From an uncultured Bacteroidales bacterium (GTDB taxonomy: Bacteria > Bacteroidota > Bacteroidia > Bacteroidales > Bacteroidaceae): a DNA stretch of 64,000 nucleotides. Below, piece by piece: positions 43,601 through 51,708 of this stretch (position 1 is the first letter of the stretch; every line of letters begins with the position of its first letter). Location: assembly GCA_902783885.1 (NCBI GenBank), contig CACZSQ010000073.1, positions 1,439 to 65,438 on the forward strand. Direction: 5' to 3'. The notes under the pieces were generated by a model that saw only the letters and a program-made list of their open reading frames with translations, was not told the origin of the DNA and searched no databases. A program made the translations under genes and the position numbers.

Positions 43601-44417
43601 TTTCTCCGCCCGTGCCTGTGGAGGCTCCGTTGAAAGGTTCCACCGTCGTAGGGAAGTTGTGTGTCTCGGCCTTAATGCTGATGACACTCTCAATCTCCTT
43701 CACGCGGAACCAGTCGCTGGTGGAGTGGTCGGCAGGAGCGAACTGCTCCACGACAGGCCCCTCAGCAAAAGCCACATTATCTTTATAAGCAGAGATGATC
43801 TTGTGGGGGTTCTCCTGCGTCGTGCGCTTAATCATCTGGAAAAGGCTGCTGGGCATCTCCTTGCCGTCGATGATGAACGTGCCGCCGAAGATCTTGTGGC
43901 GGCAGTGCTCGCTGTTGATCTGAGCGAAGCCAAACACCTCGCTGTCCGTGAGCTTGCGTCCGAGCTGCCCCTCCACCTTGTGCAGGTATTCTATTTCCTC
44001 GGGCGAGAGCGCCAAGCCTTCCTGCTCGTTGTACTCCTCCAGATTCTCAATCGTCAGAATAGGAGCCGGCTCAATATCCACCGTGAAAATATTCTGGTCG
44101 AGCCCGTCGTACAGGCGCTGAAGCATAGGATCGTAATCCTCTCCCCCACGGGGAGAGTTAGAGAGGGGCCAATATTCCTCTATTCTCTGGATACCCTGAA
44201 TGGCCATGTTCTGGGTGATTTCCACAGCGTTGGTGCTCCAAGGGGTTATCATCTCGCGACGAGGTCCTACGAACCGCCCGTCGATTGCCTGGACTTCCAA
44301 GAACGTGGCATCGCCGTAGAGCCAGCAAAGTTTCTGAATATCCTCAGCGGTGAGCTGACGGCCTGCCTGAGTGGCGATAATGGACTGCTGCGGAGTCCTG
44401 AAAAAGAATATAGCCAT
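40650..44417 (-). CDS. purL: Phosphoribosylformylglycinamidine synthase, single-chain large form
   Basis: 1255 aa. [41 protein letters not shown] and the C-terminal amidotransferase GICNGCQLM ... HNTSHKFES ... AHGEG. I moved the start to [11 protein letters not shown] (ATG at 44417), downstream of the promoter motif. Confidence 0.9.
   Translation of the reverse strand: [1255 protein letters not shown]
41052..41142. mobile_element. ~90-bp palindromic (MITE/RPE-like) element in frame within the purL amidotransferase domain
   Basis: The left end ggcccccct tac ggcccccgagggggc and the right end gtccccctcgggggat aac aggggggcc are inverted copies. The segment encodes about [30 protein letters not shown], between [17 protein letters not shown] and [12 protein letters not shown]. 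Confidence 0.6.
42658..42693. repeat. 4 units of the 9-bp CNTATRRGG word, in frame inside purL
   Basis: atcataggc ccaatgggg ctcatgggg cttatagga. It encodes [12 protein letters not shown], a different reading frame of the word from the helicase copy. Confidence 0.75.
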
Positions 44418-44458
44418 TATATATGAGATATTTATGTGTCTGGTGGTTATTTTGTGCG

Positions 44459-44466
44459 CAAAGATA
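44459..44466 (-). promoter_or_regulatory. -7 promoter motif (TAtcTTTG on minus strand)
   Basis: Plus-strand caaagata, 42 nt upstream of the purL ATG at 44417. Confidence 0.5.
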
Positions 44467-44562
44467 CGGTTAAAAAGTGAGAAAAACACACGGACACGGC
44501 GGTTTTTGGGCGGAAAAAGGAAAAAAAACGATGAATTGTTTGGAGTGAAACTCATTTTAACA

Positions 44563-44570
44563 TACCTTTG
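44563..44570 (+). promoter_or_regulatory. -7 promoter motif TAccTTTG
   Basis: 46 nt upstream of the ATG at 44616. Confidence 0.5.
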
Positions 44571-44615
44571 CGCCTATAAGTATTAATTTTTTTAATCATT
44601 AACACTTCTCTTCCT

Positions 44616-45404
44616 ATGAAAAAAATCTCCTCTTGCATCGTTCTGTTGCTGATGATTACCAGCAGCGCGAAGGCACAGTACGTAGATGACAACATGCTCT
44701 TCAACCATCTTGGTGCTAGTGTTTCGTTGGGTCTTGACGGTATCGGCATCGAAGTCTCCACGACTGCTACACAATGGGCAGGTGTTCGTGCGGGTATCAG
44801 CTTCTTCCCGAACATCTCTTACAGCCTTAGCGACATTAACTATAAACGCCACAACAAAGATGGTAAGTTAGGTCTGGATGCCACATTCAAGAAAGTCGAT
44901 GGTAAGATCCTCATTGACGGTTATCCTTTTGGTTCGAAGTCATCTTTCCACATTACCGCAGGTCTGTTCTTCGGTAACAGCGAATTCTTGACTGTTGACT
45001 TGAAGGAAGATCCCAATGTACCCATCGATGGTGGTATTGTTCCACCTGCGGACCGCAACCCCATCGGTTATGCCATTGACCCTGATGAGAACGGTATTAT
45101 CAAACTTCGCATGAAGTACAACAGCGTCAAGCCATACATCGGTATCGGTATCGGTCGTGCTGTTCCCAAGGCTGGCAAGCGCATAGCTGTCGCAGCAGAC
45201 CTCGGCGTGCAGTTCCATGGAACTCCGAAGGTACAAGCCTATTCACCTGAAGGCACTGGCTGGATGGACATTGAAGCTGAAGACTTCTATAGCATTGTGG
45301 AGAAAGAGAAGGATCAGGAAGACATCAAAGATGCTTTCGACATCATCGAAAAGGTTAAAGTATGGCCTGTCCTGAACATCCGTATCACAGGTCGTATTTT
45401 CTAA
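44616..45404 (+). CDS. Putative outer-membrane beta-barrel protein
   Basis: Signal peptide MKKISSCIVLLLMITSSAKAQ. Alternating beta-strand pattern. C-terminal ...NIRITGRIF with a terminal Phe, typical of OMPs. Confidence 0.55.
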   Translation: MKKISSCIVLLLMITSSAKAQYVDDNMLFNHLGASVSLGLDGIGIEVSTTATQWAGVRAGISFFPNISYSLSDINYKRHNKDGKLGLDATFKKVDGKILIDGYPFGSKSSFHITAGLFFGNSEFLTVDLKEDPNVPIDGGIVPPADRNPIGYAIDPDENGIIKLRMKYNSVKPYIGIGIGRAVPKAGKRIAVAADLGVQFHGTPKVQAYSPEGTGWMDIEAEDFYSIVEKEKDQEDIKDAFDIIEKVKVWPVLNIRITGRIF

Positions 45405-45448
45405 TCTCAAATTGATTTCATTTTTAACCCTTAAAAATAAAGTAAACT

Positions 45449-46438
45449 ATGAAACTGAACAAAATTTTCTGGGCTCTGATGGTAGTAGCTCTGCCTCTCA
45501 GCTTTACTGCGTGCAGCAGCAGCGATGACGATGGAGTAAACAATGACACTACTCCATATACGTATCAAACCCCTAAGAACAAAGCCGCTCAGGGTAAATA
45601 CGTCTTTCCCATAAACAACAATACTTATGAAGGCTATGCCTCTGTGAGCTTAGATGCTAACAAGACTATCGCCATGAAGTTCCCGAAGAAACAAAGCCTC
45701 GTAAAGGCTTTCACACGCACTGAAGGACAAGAAGAATTTGATTATCTCTTCGGTGACTACGTGAAAGCCGGCAACGTATATACCATCTATGTTGGTGGAG
45801 CCAAATGGGGAACGGTGACTATCACAAGCTCTAATGGAAAATATTACATCAAGATTGAGCCAGTGAAGACAGAAGATGCCGACATGCAAGTCAGCGATGT
45901 TGAAGCTGATAAAGCTAAAACCGTCGAACAAAGTGATGATACTGACAAACTGTGCCGCACATGGCGTCCTATCGGCATACGCATACTTGTTTTAGAAAAA
46001 GGTAAAGCCTATGACACCAGTAAATTCAAAGCTGTCAATGAATGTAGCTTTGAAGCTGTGAAAAAAGCTGCTGCAGACGAAAACTGTACCATTGACGAGG
46101 AATTCGGCGATGGTTACCTGATGACAGCAGTAAGCTTTAACAATGCTGGTGATATGACTATCAAGTTCAACGAAGAAAAAAACAGCTATGTAGCTAATTG
46201 GAGTTGGAAGAACAAAGATGCAGGTGCTAACCCCAGATACATCAATACCACCTGGAGCAAGAAGCAATCCAACAACACCGAGGACAACCAATTCATTCCT
46301 AACGAGGCTTCCATTCTGTACCAGACAGGAAACTTCAAAGGAGAATGCTGGGTTCAGTTCAGAAAGGATATTGAGAGCAATGATAAGAAGACTTATGACG
46401 TCACACTCATCGTTCGCCTGAGAGATATGGCAGAATAA
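45449..46438 (+). CDS. Hypothetical lipoprotein
   Basis: Lipobox LSFTACSSSDDDG. 329 aa. No recognisable catalytic motif. Confidence 0.55.
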   Translation: MKLNKIFWALMVVALPLSFTACSSSDDDGVNNDTTPYTYQTPKNKAAQGKYVFPINNNTYEGYASVSLDANKTIAMKFPKKQSLVKAFTRTEGQEEFDYLFGDYVKAGNVYTIYVGGAKWGTVTITSSNGKYYIKIEPVKTEDADMQVSDVEADKAKTVEQSDDTDKLCRTWRPIGIRILVLEKGKAYDTSKFKAVNECSFEAVKKAAADENCTIDEEFGDGYLMTAVSFNNAGDMTIKFNEEKNSYVANWSWKNKDAGANPRYINTTWSKKQSNNTEDNQFIPNEASILYQTGNFKGECWVQFRKDIESNDKKTYDVTLIVRLRDMAE

Positions 46439-46465
46439 TCCACACCATCATCCCATCAATAAATT

Positions 46466-46492
46466 GCCCCGCTCGTTTGAGCGGGGCTTTTT
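46466..46492 (+). terminator. Rho-independent terminator
   Basis: gccccgctc - gtttg - gagcggggc, followed by ttttt. Confidence 0.8.
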
Positions 46493-46526
46493 GTTGATGT
46501 CTTTCGGAAGACAAAAATCTTAGAGG

Positions 46527-46702
46527 GTGAAGGATGAATCCTTATGGCGAGAAGATTTAAACCTTATCGGCAGAAGGATTAAACCTTATGGGCAGAGGAT
46601 TTATATCTTACGGTATGAAGATGCGGGTCTTACGGCTTGAAGATATAGGTCTTCAGGCCTGAAGACCTGCATCTTCTGCCATGAAGACCTGCACCTTAGA
46701 AC
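46527..46702. repeat. Tandem array of 8 x ~22-bp hairpin-forming units (gaaga-N-tctt family)
   Basis: gtgaaggatgaatccttatggc, gagaagatttaaaccttatcggc, agaaggattaaaccttatgggc, agaggatttatatcttacggt, atgaagatgcgggtcttacggc, ttgaagatataggtcttcaggc, ctgaagacctgcatcttctgcc, atgaagacctgcaccttagaac. The last unit supplies the stop codon of 46696..47037. Confidence 0.8.
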
Positions 46703-47037
46703 TCAAGCTCGTCGAGCTTGATATCGGTGCGATCGTATTCGGGGCGCTGTTCCACGGGACCTTGCTGCTCGTTGATGAACTTCATGGCATCGGCAAGGCT
46801 GGTGGTGAACTTCTCAAAATCCTCGGGATAGACGAAAATCTTGTGCTTCTCAAAGTTGAACTGAGGCATGTCAGGGTCACCGCTGACAATCTTCTTGCTC
46901 TCTGTAAGCGAGAGATACATATCCCCACGGCTATTCTGCTTGACATCCACATAATAAATGCGCTTTCCTGCTTTCACGGCACGTGAAAAGAGGATGTCTT
47001 TCTCCCCATGCCCGAACGTGTTCTGATTTTCTTTCAT
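46696..47037 (-). CDS. PUR-alpha-like / DUF3276 nucleic-acid-binding protein
   Basis: ILFSRAVKAGKRIYYVDVKQNSRGDMYLSLTESKK...KHKIFVYPEDFEKF matches the Bacteroidota PUR-repeat family as I recall it. Confidence 0.6.
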   Translation of the reverse strand: MKENQNTFGHGEKDILFSRAVKAGKRIYYVDVKQNSRGDMYLSLTESKKIVSGDPDMPQFNFEKHKIFVYPEDFEKFTTSLADAMKFINEQQGPVEQRPEYDRTDIKLDELEF

Positions 47038-47072
47038 GTTTTGAATACTAATGATTATAGGATTTCAAGTGC

Positions 47073-47080
47073 CAAAAGTA
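47073..47080 (-). promoter_or_regulatory. -7 promoter motif (TActTTTG on minus strand)
   Basis: Plus-strand caaaagta, 36 nt upstream of the ATG at 47037. Confidence 0.5.
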
Positions 47081-47154
47081 CGTATAAATTGCCAAACACC
47101 ATAAAAATATTGAAAAAAAATGGCGGTGAAGGCTATTTTTTGCCTTATAATATG

Positions 47155-47162
47155 TACTTTTG
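47155..47162 (+). promoter_or_regulatory. -7 promoter motif TActTTTG
   Basis: 32 nt upstream of the nusB ATG at 47194. Confidence 0.5.
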
Positions 47163-47193
47163 CACGCTAAAACATTGATAGCAGTCGATCATT

Positions 47194-48150
47194 ATGATAA
47201 ATAGAGAACTCATCCGCCTGAAGGTCGTACAGATGACCTATGCGTATTACCAAAACGGTAACAACAAGTTAGACGCTGCTGAGAAAGAATTGTTCTTCAG
47301 TCTCTCCAAGGCATACGACCTGTATCTGTATATGCTGGAGCTGATGGTGGAGATTACCCGCATGGCGGAGCGTGCATTGATTACCGCTACGCAACGTGCA
47401 CAGCGTCTGGGCGAGAGCGAGATGCCTGACGCACGCTTCGTGAACAACCAGTTTATTGCTCAGTTGCGCGTGAACCACCAGCTCACGGATTTCATCGAGA
47501 GTCAGAAGAAAACGTGGGCCGACGAGGAAGATTTTGTCCGTCGGATGTACAAACTGGTGATTGAGAGCGACATCTATAAGGAATGGATGCAGAAGACGAC
47601 TCCCCCCACCTACGATGAAGACCGCGAGCTGTGGCGCAAGCTGTACAAGGAACTGCTTGTCGATAACGATGATTTGGATCAGTTGCTTGAGGAGAAGAGT
47701 GTCTATTGGAACGACGACCGCTTTATCGTGGACACGTTTGTACTCAAGAGCATCAAGCGTTTTGAGAAGAAGAACGGCGCCAATCAACAACTCTTGCCCG
47801 AATATCGCGACGAGGACGACAAGGAGTTTGCCCGCCGGCTGTTCCGCGCTTCGCTCTTGGGCGCCGACAACTATCGCATGATGATTACGCAATCGCTGCA
47901 TAACTGGGAATTGGAGCGTGTGGCCCTCATGGATCTCGTCATCCTGCAGACAGCGCTGGCGGAGATGATGACGTTCCCGCAGATACCTCTCGTGGTGACC
48001 ATCAACGAATATGTGGATATAGCCAAATTCTATTCCACTCCCCGCAGCGGCGGCTATATCAACGGCACACTCGACACGATTGCCCGCCGACTCATAGAGG
48101 AAGGGAAGCTGAAGAAGACGCTCTCGCAGGGAGAGAAGAGTGAGAAGTAA
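47194..48150 (+). CDS. nusB: Transcription antitermination factor NusB (long Bacteroidota form)
   Basis: MINRELIRLKVVQMTYAYYQ N-terminus and the C-terminal NusB fold segment ...INEYVDIAKFYSTPRSGGYINGTLD. Conserved nusB-yajC-ybbR-coaE gene order. Confidence 0.8.
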   Translation: MINRELIRLKVVQMTYAYYQNGNNKLDAAEKELFFSLSKAYDLYLYMLELMVEITRMAERALITATQRAQRLGESEMPDARFVNNQFIAQLRVNHQLTDFIESQKKTWADEEDFVRRMYKLVIESDIYKEWMQKTTPPTYDEDRELWRKLYKELLVDNDDLDQLLEEKSVYWNDDRFIVDTFVLKSIKRFEKKNGANQQLLPEYRDEDDKEFARRLFRASLLGADNYRMMITQSLHNWELERVALMDLVILQTALAEMMTFPQIPLVVTINEYVDIAKFYSTPRSGGYINGTLDTIARRLIEEGKLKKTLSQGEKSEK

Positions 48151-48180
48151 CAAATATAACAAAATAATATTCAAACACTT

Positions 48181-48492
48181 ATGACTTTATTGCAAGCAAC
48201 TCAAGGCGACGGCGGCATGGGCATGATCCTGATGCTGGTGGCCATGTTCGCCATCATGTATTTCTTCATGATTCGTCCGCAACAGAAGAAACAGAAGGAA
48301 ATACAGAACTTCCGCAAGAGCATCGAGAAGGGGCAGGAAGTGGTGACCGCCGGCGGCATCTACGGCATCGTTCGCGACATTGACGATGTGAACAACATCC
48401 TCATCATCGAGGTGGCAAACGGTGTCCGTCTGCGCGTCGATCGCAACTCCGTCTTCGCTTCAGCAGCAGCCACGGAGAACTACGCCAAGTAA
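48181..48492 (+). CDS. yajC: Preprotein translocase subunit YajC
   Basis: MFAIMYFFMIRPQQKKQKE...GQEVVTAGGIYGIV. Confidence 0.85.
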   Translation: MTLLQATQGDGGMGMILMLVAMFAIMYFFMIRPQQKKQKEIQNFRKSIEKGQEVVTAGGIYGIVRDIDDVNNILIIEVANGVRLRVDRNSVFASAAATENYAK

Positions 48493-48507
48493 GCACCTCC
48501 CCAGCTT

Positions 48508-49506
48508 ATGGATCGCGAACGCCTCCATTTCATCAGCGAGAGCATCAAAACCTTCCTGCTCAGCAAGAAAAGCAGGGAGCTCCTGGTGTTTTTATTTTTC
48601 CTGGCCGTGTCAGCTACCTTCTGGCTGATGCAGACGCTGCATGAGGAATATGAGATGGAAGTGCACATTCCTCTGACGCTGACAGACATCCCTGTGGGCG
48701 TGGTCGTCACCACGGAACCTCCGTCGGAAATTTCCGTGAGGGTCAAGGATCGCGGGTCCTCGCTGCTGAACTACTATTTCAACCGTTCCGAACGCGTGGT
48801 GGAACTGCCTTTTGCGAGCCACGACCGCGGCATAGGCGACGACCATGTGCTGCTCAGCCACTCCGAGGTGCAGAAGCTGATTCTGCCCAAGCTGCTCCCT
48901 TCGACGCGCATCATAGCCATCCGCCCCGACACATTGGATTACTACTACACGCGCGGCATCGAGAAGCGCGTTCCCGTGACCTTCCGCGGACACATCGTCA
49001 CCGACCCGCTGCACTATCTGGCCGGAGTGAAACTCAATCCCGACACCGTCACTGTGTGGGGAAGTGCCGCGATGCTCGACTCGCTGCACAGCGTCTCCAC
49101 CGCAGCCACGAACCTGCTCGACCTCACGGAGAGCACAACACGCATGATTCCCATAGCTACCCAGCGAGGCATCAAAACCAAGCCTGTTGAGGTGTTGGTC
49201 ACGGCAGAGGTGGATTTTCTGGTGGACAAGCAAGTCAAGGTTCCCGTCGTGGGGACAAACTTCCCCGGCGGCTATGTGCTGCGCACATTCCCTCCCACAG
49301 TCACCGTGTCATTCTGCGTGGGTTCCCGCAACTACAAGAGCATCACAGCCGACAACTTTGTCCTCACAGCCACCTATGAGGATCTGATAGCGCAAAAAGA
49401 CTCCCTGCTGACGCTACAGCTACGCTCCATCCCCGAAGGTGTCAGCCAGGTGAAGATATCTCCCGACCGGGTACAATTCCTCATCGAGCAGTCAGACAAC
49501 GAATGA
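48508..49506 (+). CDS. YbbR-like domain-containing protein
   Basis: A single N-terminal TM segment followed by repeated beta-rich domains. The position between yajC and coaE matches other Bacteroidales as I recall them. Confidence 0.55.
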   Translation: MDRERLHFISESIKTFLLSKKSRELLVFLFFLAVSATFWLMQTLHEEYEMEVHIPLTLTDIPVGVVVTTEPPSEISVRVKDRGSSLLNYYFNRSERVVELPFASHDRGIGDDHVLLSHSEVQKLILPKLLPSTRIIAIRPDTLDYYYTRGIEKRVPVTFRGHIVTDPLHYLAGVKLNPDTVTVWGSAAMLDSLHSVSTAATNLLDLTESTTRMIPIATQRGIKTKPVEVLVTAEVDFLVDKQVKVPVVGTNFPGGYVLRTFPPTVTVSFCVGSRNYKSITADNFVLTATYEDLIAQKDSLLTLQLRSIPEGVSQVKISPDRVQFLIEQSDNE

Positions 49507-50105
49507 GAATCGGTCTCACAGGCGGAATTGGAGCAGGCAAGAGTTATGTATCACGCCTGCTGACAGCAGAATGCGGGATTCCCGTATATGACTGCGACCG
49601 CGAAGCCAAACGCCTCATGACCGCCTCGCCGGCTATTCAGCAACAGCTGAGGGCGCTGGTGGGCACCGAAGCCTATCTGCCAGACGGAGAGCTCAACAAG
49701 CCGCTTATGGCAGCCTACCTCTTCACCAACGAAGAGCATCAGAAGGCCGTGAACGCTATCGTTCATCCTGCTGTCAGAGCCGACTTCAAGCGATGGGCAG
49801 CCGAGCAGGAACAGGCAGGAGCGCCTGCCGTAGCTATCGAAAGCGCCATCCTTGTGGAAGCCGGCTTCACAGACCTGGCTGAGAAGATTATCGTCGTGGA
49901 AGCGCCTCTTTCCTTACGTCTGCAACGCGTCATGCAACGCGACGGAGCCACCGAGCAGCAGGTTCGCGCCCGCATGGCTCGACAGTTGAGCGATGAAGAG
50001 CGACGACAGGCAGCCGACTTCATCATCGAGAACGACGGCAGAGACATTACCGAACAACTGAAACATTATACATCAACAATCATACAACAAAAACATCATG
50101 CTTGA
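49503..50105 (+). CDS. coaE: Dephospho-CoA kinase
   Basis: MRIGLTGGIGAGKSYV P-loop. 200 aa. ATGA overlap with the upstream gene. Confidence 0.85.
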   Translation: MRIGLTGGIGAGKSYVSRLLTAECGIPVYDCDREAKRLMTASPAIQQQLRALVGTEAYLPDGELNKPLMAAYLFTNEEHQKAVNAIVHPAVRADFKRWAAEQEQAGAPAVAIESAILVEAGFTDLAEKIIVVEAPLSLRLQRVMQRDGATEQQVRARMARQLSDEERRQAADFIIENDGRDITEQLKHYTSTIIQQKHHA

Positions 50106-50538
50106 GACAATTTTAGCTATCGCAGGCAAGCCAGGCCTCTATAAACTGGTTTCACGCGGCAACCGCAGCCTCATCGTGGAAAGTATCGATGATAAGCACC
50201 ATCGTATGCCCGCCTTCGCCACCGACCGCGTCATCTCCCTGGCCGATATCGCCATGTATTCTGACACCGAAGAGGTGCCCTTGGCTGACATCCTGACCAG
50301 CATGAAAGAGAAGGAGAAGGGTGCCGTGTGCAGCCTCGACTGCAAGAAGGCTTCCAAGGAACAGCTCTTCGACTATTTCGCAGAAATCCTTCCCAACTTC
50401 GACCGCGACCGCGTGCACCCCTCTGACGTGAAGAAACTCATCCAGTGGTATGACATCCTCATCGGCGCCGGCCTCGACGACTTCTCGAAGATGGCTCCCA
50501 CCGAGGGCGACAACATCGACGACCGGAAGGAGAAATAA
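50098..50538 (+). CDS. DUF5606-like hypothetical protein
   Basis: The MLETILAIAGKPGLYKLVSRGNRSLIVESI N-terminus resembles the conserved Bacteroidales protein found after coaE. From memory only. Confidence 0.45.
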   Translation: MLETILAIAGKPGLYKLVSRGNRSLIVESIDDKHHRMPAFATDRVISLADIAMYSDTEEVPLADILTSMKEKEKGAVCSLDCKKASKEQLFDYFAEILPNFDRDRVHPSDVKKLIQWYDILIGAGLDDFSKMAPTEGDNIDDRKEK

Positions 50539-50542
50539 AAAG

Positions 50543-51688
50543 TTGGCTGGTATCTACGTACACGTCCCGTTCTGCCGCTCCCGCTGCATCTACTGCGACT
50601 TCTACTCCACCACGAGAGAGGAGGAGATGGCAGCCTACACGGATGCTCTGTGCTGCGAACTCAAAGGACGGCAGGCAGAGCTTGCGAACGAGCACGTAGG
50701 AACCATCTATTTCGGCGGGGGAACACCTTCGCTCCTGCCCTCTTCACTACTTCAGCGGATAATAGACACTATCTGTATCCATTATGATGTAGCCGAGGAT
50801 GCTGAAATCACGCTGGAAATGAATCCAGACGATTCTGTTGATGTGGCCACTTTGAGCCGCATCAACAGAATTTCTTTAGGTGTCCAGACCTTCAACGACA
50901 AACTGCTGCGCCTGCTCCGCCGGCGACACGACAGCACCACCGCAATAGCAGCGGTAAAGAAGTTGCAGGCAGCAGGCATAGGCAATATCAGCATCGACCT
51001 CATCTACGGCCTTCCAGGGCAGACAATGGAGACATGGGAGCATGATCTCCAGCAGGCTTTCGCTTTAGGAATCCAGCATCTGTCAGCCTATGCGCTAAGC
51101 TACGAGGAGGGCACGCTGCTGAGCCGCTGGCGAGAGGCAGGGAAAATTCAAGAGGCCAGCGACGAGCTGGAAGTGGCGATGTTCGAACGTCTGTGCCAAT
51201 GCGCCCGCAAAGCAGGCTTCGAGCACTATGAGATCTCTAACTTCGCCCTGCCGCATTTCTACTCCCACCACAACAGCAGCTACTGGACAGGCAGTCCCTA
51301 CGCCGGCTTCGGTCCCGGAGCCCACAGCTACGACGGTGTCCGCACGCGACGAGCCAACCGCCCAGACCTGAGCCGTTATCTGCAACTGATGACTCATGAA
51401 GGCGTTAATCCCATGACCGATGAACAGTTGGCTGATTTTGAGCAGCTGAGCACAGCAGAGCTCTATGACGAAGCTGTGATGTGCGGATTGCGCACAAGCA
51501 GAGGCATCAACCTTGCACACTTGAAGGAGCGGTTCGGAGAGGCACGCCTTCAAGAACTATTGAGCCAAGCTCAAACGCATCTGCGCCAAGGGCGCCTGAA
51601 ACTGACAGACGGTTGCCTGCGCCTGACAGAACAATCGCTCATGATCTCCGATGACATCATGAGCGACTTGATGGCAGTCTCTGCCTAA
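50543..51688 (+). CDS. hemW: Radical SAM heme chaperone HemW / oxygen-independent coproporphyrinogen oxidase-like protein
   Basis: AGIYVHVPFCRSRCIYCDFYS (CxxxCxxC), GGGTPS, HISAYALSYEEGT. I prefer the TTG start at 50543 just after the upstream stop. The track start at 50450 would overlap DUF5606 by 89 nt. Confidence 0.75.
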   Translation: MAGIYVHVPFCRSRCIYCDFYSTTREEEMAAYTDALCCELKGRQAELANEHVGTIYFGGGTPSLLPSSLLQRIIDTICIHYDVAEDAEITLEMNPDDSVDVATLSRINRISLGVQTFNDKLLRLLRRRHDSTTAIAAVKKLQAAGIGNISIDLIYGLPGQTMETWEHDLQQAFALGIQHLSAYALSYEEGTLLSRWREAGKIQEASDELEVAMFERLCQCARKAGFEHYEISNFALPHFYSHHNSSYWTGSPYAGFGPGAHSYDGVRTRRANRPDLSRYLQLMTHEGVNPMTDEQLADFEQLSTAELYDEAVMCGLRTSRGINLAHLKERFGEARLQELLSQAQTHLRQGRLKLTDGCLRLTEQSLMISDDIMSDLMAVSA

Positions 51689-51708
51689 AACAAAACTTTT
51701 AAGGGAGC

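Noticed and set aside
44139-44168. Short G/C hairpins inside ORFs: ctctcccc-cac-ggggagag in purL (encoding SPRGGE), ccctc...gaggg at about 41485 in purL, and ctcccct...gggagggg at about 61778 in the CCA gene (encoding PSGRGD).
   Set aside because: The stems are only 5-8 bp, I saw no intergenic copies in this window, and the flanks are not clearly conserved motifs. I cannot distinguish these from chance, although they might belong to the same phenomenon as the larger in-frame repeats.
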